Source: Candidatus Hydrogenedentota bacterium (GTDB taxonomy: Bacteria > Hydrogenedentota > Hydrogenedentia > Hydrogenedentales > SLHB01). Taken from it: a stretch of DNA of 64,000 nucleotides. Numbering within the stretch: the stretch's first letter is position 1; the number at the start of each line of letters is the position of its first letter. A program made the position numbers and the translations under genes. This document shows, piece by piece, positions 1 through 7,022 of the stretch. The notes below the pieces were generated by a model, which was not told where the DNA came from, did no database searches, and saw only the letters and a list, made by a program, of their open reading frames with translations. The stretch lies in NCBI GenBank assembly GCA_045863295.1, contig BTWA01000018.1, forward strand, positions 32,001 through 96,000. The letters are read 5' to 3'.

Positions 1-396
1 AGCCATCCTTTCGTATCGCTGGATCGGTTGGGCGAATATGTTCGACGATTGGAGGAATTCAACACAATCACCGACAATGAATTGCGGGAGTTTCTGAGCA
101 AACACGAGTTGTTCGAAGTGTTCGATCCCGTGGGATTGGCGAGCGACCCGGAAACCTCGACGTTGTTGGCGGCGGAGGGAATACCCGTGGCTCCTGTTGT
201 CGTGCTGTGCACGCGTGTACCTTCGGAGAGTCAACTGACCAATTACGTCGAGACCGTTTTGGAAACGCTGCAGAGTGCGATGAAAGAAGCCTGCAGAGAT
301 GCGCAGGAACGCGGTCAATCTGATCGGGCTCGAAGGATTGTCGCTTTGATTGACCGCACCCAGGTATTGCGCGAAAAGCTGCGAAAGTTCCTTTGA
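1..396 (+). CDS. Hypothetical protein, C-terminal part (5' truncated by window edge)
   Basis: Frame is open from base 1 (SHPFVSLDRLGEYVRRLEEF...) to TGA at 394-396. Natural-looking helical composition; converges on the next gene. Confidence 0.6.
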   Translation, partial: SHPFVSLDRLGEYVRRLEEFNTITDNELREFLSKHELFEVFDPVGLASDPETSTLLAAEGIPVAPVVVLCTRVPSESQLTNYVETVLETLQSAMKEACRDAQERGQSDRARRIVALIDRTQVLREKLRKFL

Positions 397-399
397 TTG

Positions 400-2409
400 C
401 TAATTGGCGGCCAGCAAATCCGTGCCCTCAAAGTCCGCCGGCACGGCAAGCCCCAAGTATTTAAGCGAAGTGACACCCAGATCCATGATGTTAGGCTTAT
501 CCACAGCAATAGGCCGGTTGCAGAAGAAGATTCCCGGAGTGAAAGCAACGTCCGAACTTGCGTGTTCGCCGCTCCACTTGTCGTCGTTTGGTTCAAACAA
601 GACTTTGGGAGCGGCGCCGTTTGCCGCCGATTTTGTGGACTGAAAACCCTCGGCGTACCCCAATTGGATATCCGGCGCTTCGGCCATCGCACCGCCGTGA
701 TAATCCTTCCGGGTATACACGGATCGAAACACCTTTTCTCCCTTTTCCGGATGGGTTACTTCCAGCAATTTTCCACGGATTTCCTCAATGAGCGCATCTG
801 CTTGGGCCGGATCCACAAGTCCCTTTCCTTCCCGGCCTTTGAGATTGAGGAAGATACTCCCAAGCCCTATGCTATACGCTTTACTTCGCGTCCAATCGAA
901 GCCTTGCAAGTAATCCTCGTTGGTAAACCCTGATGCGGCATCAGTCTGCCCTTTGACTACCAGATACCCGTTTCGAATAAGCCATGTATTCACGTTAAAT
1001 CCGGTATGGAAGCTATGAAATCCGTGATCGGACATGATGAAAAGAAGATCGTTCTCCTTTAGTCGCTTCATGACTTCGCCCACGATTGAATCCATCTTTT
1101 GATAGGATTCCTCAACGGCTCGGCCGTATTTCGTTGCACCTTCTTCCGTATAGAGCGGATGACGCTTGTCGCGATAGCGCCAAAACATGTGGCTGACACG
1201 ATCAGGGGCGGTCCACGCCGCCACCATCATGTCAAATGCGTTGGTATCCAGTTCATCCAAAGTCAATTGTTCCTGCCACCCCGCGGAATTGCGCGTGTCC
1301 ATGAGAAACGCTTCATCCGACAACGCATCCTGGCGTAACGCATGAGTGTCGTAAGCCCAGCCGATTGTTTTGAATAGCCCATATCGCTTGCGCAGTTCGG
1401 TTCCGTAGCTGATGGGTGTCGTAAAGGGAATATACTGCTCGTCGGGATGAAACTGCAGACAACTCATGTAGACAGTGACATCTTCCGGCGCAACCTTCAG
1501 CGCATAGAACTGGCTCACTGCGCGTACTTTGTATACTGGACTGAGTTCAAAAGCCCATTCGACCCACTTCGACCATTGTCCCTCGGCAAGCTCGACGGAT
1601 TGCCCTTGCACTGTCAGCGTGACATTACCACCTGCCACATCAGCATTAATCATGAGCGGTACCTTGACAAATGCCTTCGCAGAATCGAATTCTTCACGCT
1701 TGTCGCGAGCCCCGGGAATTTCCACACTACCTGCCCCATCGGTGAGAGTCAAGCGTAGAGCCATCCCCCCGCTCTTTATCGACAATTCACGAGTGGAGAT
1801 TGCGAAGAACGTGCTCGTGGTTCCCCGTATATCAGGCACGCCCAACCCGCAAATCATATGCCCTTGCTCAAGGCTTTCAACCGGGTAGGCAAATGGCACC
1901 AACAGTATTTTGCTTCGCGCCCCTTGCTTATCGGCCACGGACCAGAACGATTCTCCGTGGCGGATAGAATTAAAAACAGGCGGAGTCAACAGCTTTCCAT
2001 CGGGAGACAGCGTGGCGTGTTCCGGCATGCCGAATCCCACACCGGGAAAATACGTTTTTGGATTCCGCCGAAGAAAATCGTACACGCCATGCTCCCCCGG
2101 ATTTTTGCAGGTAATGAATGACGACCATGCCGTGGGGGATTGCGGCGGATTTGCCGTTTCCAACGGTTTGAACGTGCCCTGCTCGCTCAACTTCTTGAGG
2201 TTTGGAAGTTCACCCGCGGCAAACATTGTCTCCACAAGCGTGGGCTCGACGCCGTCGAAACCGAGAATGACCACGCGTCCCTTGGAGGATGGTAGTTGCG
2301 CCTCGGCACGCAAGGTAGAAACGGACAAGACAACAAATACAGCCACCGGCAACAAAAAGAGGGCCTGGGGGAAACGCGCGCGAGACGAGAACGCAGTTAC
2401 GACGGTCAT
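400..2409 (-). CDS. Alkaline phosphatase superfamily protein (type I phosphodiesterase/nucleotide pyrophosphatase-like), exported
   Basis: Motifs VVILGFDG, PPQSPTAWSSFITCKNPGEHG, DRVSHMFW, IMSDHGF, WSGEH. N-terminal hydrophobic signal. ATG at 2409 preferred over the ORF-track start 2460. Confidence 0.85.
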   Translation of the reverse strand: MTVVTAFSSRARFPQALFLLPVAVFVVLSVSTLRAEAQLPSSKGRVVILGFDGVEPTLVETMFAAGELPNLKKLSEQGTFKPLETANPPQSPTAWSSFITCKNPGEHGVYDFLRRNPKTYFPGVGFGMPEHATLSPDGKLLTPPVFNSIRHGESFWSVADKQGARSKILLVPFAYPVESLEQGHMICGLGVPDIRGTTSTFFAISTRELSIKSGGMALRLTLTDGAGSVEIPGARDKREEFDSAKAFVKVPLMINADVAGGNVTLTVQGQSVELAEGQWSKWVEWAFELSPVYKVRAVSQFYALKVAPEDVTVYMSCLQFHPDEQYIPFTTPISYGTELRKRYGLFKTIGWAYDTHALRQDALSDEAFLMDTRNSAGWQEQLTLDELDTNAFDMMVAAWTAPDRVSHMFWRYRDKRHPLYTEEGATKYGRAVEESYQKMDSIVGEVMKRLKENDLLFIMSDHGFHSFHTGFNVNTWLIRNGYLVVKGQTDAASGFTNEDYLQGFDWTRSKAYSIGLGSIFLNLKGREGKGLVDPAQADALIEEIRGKLLEVTHPEKGEKVFRSVYTRKDYHGGAMAEAPDIQLGYAEGFQSTKSAANGAAPKVLFEPNDDKWSGEHASSDVAFTPGIFFCNRPIAVDKPNIMDLGVTSLKYLGLAVPADFEGTDLLAAN

Positions 2410-2505
2410 GTGAAAAAAATCCTTGTGCCTGATTCCAACGCTAAGAGCGGAATATACCACGTGCGTCTAACCCCGTCCAAAAGTCGTAAGTTCCGGGAAT
2501 GTTCG

Positions 2506-5109
2506 CTACGCCGCGTGTATTTGCGTTCCAGGCAATAGCGCCACTTGTTCTGCCCGCAAATCAAGTGCAAAGCCCCGCTTTGGAATTGTGCGGATCAGCT
2601 TCTCGCGTCCAGGCACAACGCCGGTAATACGTTCCAGCAGTTTCTTCTTTTGAAAATGCATCTGCGCAGGCTCCACGACAATTTCACCCCAAAGCGCTAT
2701 ATAGATCGACTCATACGGAACACATTCGCCAGGAACTTCCGCCAGGCATCGCATCAGTCGAAACTGTTTCTCCTGCAATCGAACCACGCGGCCGTCCAGA
2801 TGAATTTCACCCGGTTTGCGATCGTCCAGCACCAGTACTGGCTGCATTGCCCGACTTGTTCGATGCATTGCTTTTGCCCCTTGACCACGCACCTCACCCT
2901 GTGCCCATGTTCGCAGTGCGCGTGCCGTACCCGCCGAAACCCATTTTGTCAGCAACGCGTCGGTTGCATCGGCCAATGCTTCCGGCATATGCAGCCCCAT
3001 TCGCTCAAAGGCTATGGCTGTGTGACGTGTCACGTCGGTTTGCCCCAGCGTCATTATCCGTGCCGCTTCCGAGTGCAGTCCGTATTGCACCCGTTCCGCA
3101 GTACGCCGGATTTCGTCTACAAAGCTCCGTTTGGCCGCCATGGCTTCGGCAATGGCCGCTGCGGCGTCCAGCAGCCAACTCACCTGATCGGCCGCCTCGC
3201 CAATCTGTCCCGCGAAGACATGGTACCGCTCCTCCAATTCGTATAGATCGGCTTCGCGAATCCACTCGTCCAGAATGAGCGCCGCCTTGACTGCCCGAAC
3301 TTCCTCGTAAAAAGGCTTCACGGTCGCATGCCGCAATCGATTCAGCGGTACATCGGCTTCGTCCTGCGTCTCTCTTGCGCGGCGCTTCAGTCGGTTAACG
3401 TAGTCCGATTGGTCGTACTCTTGTGCTGCGAGGGCCATTTGAATCAACTTGCCGTCCGCAGTCATCGCCGCCGCCAGGATCAAGTCGATGGGCAACCACT
3501 CACGCGTTTCCGACTCGCGCACCCAATATGCCAGTTCCCGTGCCGTATCAATCGATATTCCTTTGGACGCGACCGCATGCCCAAACGGCGTCGCCGACAG
3601 CCTTCCATCCGCATCAGACTGAACCAACCCCGCGTCCCGTACTCGATGCATTGCCGCGCGGATTCGGTTTTCAACCTCGTCCACCGTACAGGTCTCTGGC
3701 CAAATCCAGCTTCCGGACAATGTCGCGTCAAAAAATTGGGCCAAATCGGAATCCGTCCTGCATGTGCGCGAGGCGACCAATCGGAGCACATGATCCTCCA
3801 GTGGGTCCTGCGCCAGCCGCGGCGTGATTCGTTCGCGGTCGCCATCCACATATCGCCGCCAAAGGGTGGCCCGATCATAGGGAGAAGTGGCGATCACAAT
3901 CGATCGCCCAAAAGGAATTCCAGTGCCAAACCTGCCCGCCCGCCCGCCCATGTTTTCGTATTCCGCGCGCAAAATAGGCGTTTTCCACGGCATGCCAAAC
4001 CGGCTGTCAAACTGCCATTTGTCGGTGGTAATAAAAACGTTCTGTGCGGGAAGATTCAGGCCAACCGCAAGTGTGCTGGTTGCCACCAACGCTTTCACCT
4101 CGCCGGAGCGAAACGCATTCTCCACAATAACGCGTTCGTCCCGGGACAAGTCGGCATTATGAAATGCGACACCGTGCGCCAGGGTTTCCATCAACATATC
4201 CCTGGAATGCGTCGCTTCCAGCCGTTGCATTGCCACCAAGGCCTCGCTCGCGGGAGTACTCGACACCCGCTGCGCCAGCACATGCGCCCCGTTCCGCGTC
4301 TCCGCCTTGGCCTTCACAAACACGAGACACGGCTCTTCACGATCCACAAATGCGCTGACATTGTCCGCGAGGATTTCCCACATGGAATCCGAATGCGTAT
4401 GAATCAGCCGCTCTTCCGATTCCGAATACTCGTTGTGCGTCCGGTAAGAGAACACACCGTCATGCAGGACCCCGAATCGCAACTCAACCGGTCGTCGCTC
4501 ATACACCACCATTTCGGCATTCATCCAATGAGCCAGCTTGTCGGCGTGACCAATCACAGCCGACAAGCCGATCAATCGACGCTTCGATCGCAGGATACGT
4601 GTTAACAGCAGTTCGGCCTGCGCCCCGCGCTCGGGATCGGACAGCAACTCCAACTCATCCGCGACGACCAGTTCGATTTCCTCCAACCGTTCAGGCCGAC
4701 GCACCAACAACTGCCCCAGTTTCTCGTACACGACGACTGCAATCGAAAAGTCGCCCTGTTCCAATGCGCGGTCATGCTCCCGACGGTCACGCGTGGAAAT
4801 AATGACCTTCAGTCCATACGGCTCATACTTAGCACGAAAGCCCGCCCACTTCTCCTCGGCAAGGGCCTTCAACGGCACGAGGTACACGACCTTCTTCCGC
4901 TTCAGCGCGGTTTGAATCGCCGCCATCTCCCCCACGAAGGTCTTTCCGGAACTGGTGGGGGCCTGAATCAGCAGATTGCCACTGGTAAACAGGCAATGGC
5001 GCTTAATGGCGAGTTCTTGAAGTGGAAGGAGGGTTTCGCCCTCTTCCTCCTGCCAAAGGCGGATAATCTCCGGGGGAATGTCGTACCGCAACAATTCGGT
5101 TAATTTCAT
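2506..5109 (-). CDS. Hel308/Ski2-like SF2 DExH-box helicase with C-terminal OmpR/PhoB-type winged-helix domain
   Basis: Q motif (LPLQ), APTSSGKT, VPLKALAEEK, VVADELE, LSAVI, VAFHNADL, ATSTLAVGLNLPA, NMGGRAGR, Hel308-like ATPFG. Last ~100 aa resemble Trans_reg_C (LQEKQFRLMRCLAE...LWG...IRTIPKRGFAL). SD GGGAGGG upstream. Confidence 0.9.
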   Translation of the reverse strand: MKLTELLRYDIPPEIIRLWQEEEGETLLPLQELAIKRHCLFTSGNLLIQAPTSSGKTFVGEMAAIQTALKRKKVVYLVPLKALAEEKWAGFRAKYEPYGLKVIISTRDRREHDRALEQGDFSIAVVVYEKLGQLLVRRPERLEEIELVVADELELLSDPERGAQAELLLTRILRSKRRLIGLSAVIGHADKLAHWMNAEMVVYERRPVELRFGVLHDGVFSYRTHNEYSESEERLIHTHSDSMWEILADNVSAFVDREEPCLVFVKAKAETRNGAHVLAQRVSSTPASEALVAMQRLEATHSRDMLMETLAHGVAFHNADLSRDERVIVENAFRSGEVKALVATSTLAVGLNLPAQNVFITTDKWQFDSRFGMPWKTPILRAEYENMGGRAGRFGTGIPFGRSIVIATSPYDRATLWRRYVDGDRERITPRLAQDPLEDHVLRLVASRTCRTDSDLAQFFDATLSGSWIWPETCTVDEVENRIRAAMHRVRDAGLVQSDADGRLSATPFGHAVASKGISIDTARELAYWVRESETREWLPIDLILAAAMTADGKLIQMALAAQEYDQSDYVNRLKRRARETQDEADVPLNRLRHATVKPFYEEVRAVKAALILDEWIREADLYELEERYHVFAGQIGEAADQVSWLLDAAAAIAEAMAAKRSFVDEIRRTAERVQYGLHSEAARIMTLGQTDVTRHTAIAFERMGLHMPEALADATDALLTKWVSAGTARALRTWAQGEVRGQGAKAMHRTSRAMQPVLVLDDRKPGEIHLDGRVVRLQEKQFRLMRCLAEVPGECVPYESIYIALWGEIVVEPAQMHFQKKKLLERITGVVPGREKLIRTIPKRGFALDLRAEQVALLPGTQIHAA

Positions 5110-5135
5110 CGGGGGACCCTCCCTATTCAGGAGGG

Positions 5136-5164
5136 ATAATACTGAAAATTTATTTAGTTGTCAA
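5136..5164 (-). promoter_or_regulatory. Sigma70-type promoter of the helicase with a palindromic operator in the spacer
   Basis: Minus strand: TTGACA (5164-5159), 17-bp spacer, TATTAT (5141-5136). Spacer carries the imperfect palindrome ACTGAAAATTTATTTAGT (5141-5158). Confidence 0.75.
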
Positions 5165-5183
5165 GCCCCCGTTCCACAATAGG

Positions 5184-5213
5184 AACCCATAGGACGCAAC
5201 CGCCCTATGGGTT
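5184..5213 (-). terminator. Stem-loop downstream of the kinase-barrel-peptide operon, probable terminator
   Basis: Minus strand AACCCATAGGGCG-GTTG-CGTCCTATGGGTT, a 13-bp stem with one G-U. U-tract is weak on the minus strand; TTTT lies at the stem end on the plus strand. Confidence 0.5.
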
Positions 5214-5340
5214 TTCAATGCAGCGCGTTCGAAGAGAATGTCAGGTGAAGAACCCGACGAAGAAATTGATAAACAATTGCATTGCAACCAGGATCAAGCC
5301 AAAAACGATGATAAACATGGAGTGTCCTCTCCCCTCGCTG

Positions 5341-5556
5341 TCACGGATTTTGTGGGTTGACGCCGAAAACCTGTGCCAGCGTATTCAGAAAATTAGTAGA
5401 CGCACTGAGAAATCCGACGACACCCGTTAACAAAAGAACTATCTGAGAGCCTTGACCAATGAATATGTTCGGTATCGCCAGAATCGTTTGGAAGATGCCC
5501 AACAACTGGGCAATCGGTTCGAACTGGGCCTTCGCGGGCAACGTGTATCGCTTCAT
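5341..5556 (-). CDS. 71-aa hydrophobic/amphipathic small protein with short basic leader (MKRYTLPAKA-Q)
   Basis: ATG at 5556 overlaps the barrel stop codon (ATGA) and follows a strong SD (CAGGAGG). Sequence MKRYTLPAKAQFEPIAQLLGIFQTILAIPNIFIGQGSQIVLLLTGVVGFLSASTNFLNTLAQVFGVNPQNP. Confidence 0.75.
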   Translation of the reverse strand: MKRYTLPAKAQFEPIAQLLGIFQTILAIPNIFIGQGSQIVLLLTGVVGFLSASTNFLNTLAQVFGVNPQNP

Positions 5557-7022
5557 TTCTTCGCCTCCTGCACCGGGCCTTGGTCGTTCTTGGCCCGCTT
5601 GTTTCGTTTCCAAAGGTTCCGGTCGAAATAGATTACCGTCGAAAGCATCACGCGATTCTGCACGACATCTTCGTCGAATCCGCGAATGCCTCGCAAGAAA
5701 TCCGAGTTTACATCATCGCCATACCGCAATTGATACGCGAGGTCGATATTCACGCTCTCATTAATCAGACAGCCCACGCCTACGGCGAAGCCATAAAAAC
5801 TGTCCGGCGCCCCTGTGGCCGGCTCCTGATCGTAAAATACACCGCCGCGCAAGCTCCACAACCGCTTGAACACTTCGTCCGGCTGTTTGGGGATGAAGAC
5901 ATATTCCGCCCCAAACCGTACCGTATACGTCGGGTCGAAATCCTGCGCAAACCAGATGTCATCGAGGTTGCTTGCATCCACGAGCGAGATGCGGTTTCCA
6001 TCCCGCCCCTTAAACCAGAAGTCGTTCCAGTCCGTACGCGAAACGTCCATCGCCAGTGTCAACCGGTCGTTTGGCCGGTAGGCCGCACCCACCGCCAGCG
6101 TTGCCGGAAAACTGATGTCCCGAGGTTCCTTCGTAATTGAGGGGAGGAAAAAAGCGCCGCCTCCCGTGAGCGAATAGTTAGAACGGATGCTGCGCTGCTC
6201 GAAATCGGCCCGGCCGACCCATCCGGTGTCGTATCTCGCGCCAAAGCTCCATTGCTCGTTCATATCCCAAAGCAGTCCGATGGAAAGGTTATATCCAGTC
6301 AGGTCTTTGTACTCGTCATGCGACGTGGACGAGTTCAGCGTGACTCCGTTGGCGCTTTGCGAAAAGGTGGTCGTCTTCAGGTCTTGTTCCCACGAGTTGT
6401 CAGAAATGAACGTGCTTCGCCAAAAATTGAGCGCAACACCCAGCGACAAACGGTGCGTTAATTCCATCGCAATGGCAGGGGAGACCGTGCTGATAGACCC
6501 GTTCTGTTCAAACTTCATGTTCAGGTAGTTGTTGGTAATGGTGCCCGCCGCCGCACCCGCGTTGCCGGGCGCCACGGAAAACGTGTTGAACTGTAAATCA
6601 AAGTTGCGCGTGAAATCGTATTTATGCTGGTAATACAGCCCCACCACCACGTTCCGGTTGAGCACGGTAAACGGCAAGGGGTAGGTAAGGCTTAGAAAGT
6701 TCAGGTTGAACGCATGGTCGTTGTGCCAGGAATCGACCTCGTCATGAAAATCCGCGGAGAACCCTTCGTAGATGCCGTTATACGAGCCAACGATTGCAAT
6801 CTCCGGCACTTCCAACTGCACCAGCCCAGCGGGATTCCACGAAGCCGCGCTTGCGTCGTCCGCGATTGCCACGAAGGCATCCGACATGCCCGCCGCGCGT
6901 GCACCAGACCCCACCGGGCTCGGCGAAACAGAGATTTCCAATTCCTGTGCGGGCGCCGTGGCCGCAAGCAACAACGCAACGGCCAGACACCCTAGTAGCG
7001 TATGCAGGGTTCTATTTGACAA
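5553..7022 (-). CDS. FadL/OmpP1/PorV-like outer-membrane beta-barrel protein
   Basis: Signal peptide from TTG 7022 (MSNRTLHTLLGCLAVALLLAATAPA-QE); hatch motif GSGARAAGMSDAFVAIADDASAASWNPAGL; alternating beta-strands; ...LSTVIYF followed by a 23-aa tail. ORF track start is 7067. Confidence 0.85.
   Translation of the reverse strand: MSNRTLHTLLGCLAVALLLAATAPAQELEISVSPSPVGSGARAAGMSDAFVAIADDASAASWNPAGLVQLEVPEIAIVGSYNGIYEGFSADFHDEVDSWHNDHAFNLNFLSLTYPLPFTVLNRNVVVGLYYQHKYDFTRNFDLQFNTFSVAPGNAGAAAGTITNNYLNMKFEQNGSISTVSPAIAMELTHRLSLGVALNFWRSTFISDNSWEQDLKTTTFSQSANGVTLNSSTSHDEYKDLTGYNLSIGLLWDMNEQWSFGARYDTGWVGRADFEQRSIRSNYSLTGGGAFFLPSITKEPRDISFPATLAVGAAYRPNDRLTLAMDVSRTDWNDFWFKGRDGNRISLVDASNLDDIWFAQDFDPTYTVRFGAEYVFIPKQPDEVFKRLWSLRGGVFYDQEPATGAPDSFYGFAVGVGCLINESVNIDLAYQLRYGDDVNSDFLRGIRGFDEDVVQNRVMLSTVIYFDRNLWKRNKRAKNDQGPVQEAKK

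Noticed and set aside
2545..4605. Long antisense ORFs opposite real genes (e.g. 3328-4605; similarly 57142-58500 and 47491-48636)
   Set aside because: They are shadows of GC-biased codon usage on the opposite strand of well-supported genes and show no motifs.
2506..5109. Helicase as part of a Hachiman-like or other defence island
   Set aside because: No HamA-like, nuclease or other defence partner is adjacent and there is no mobile context. Solo defence activity is not excluded, but repair is the simpler reading.
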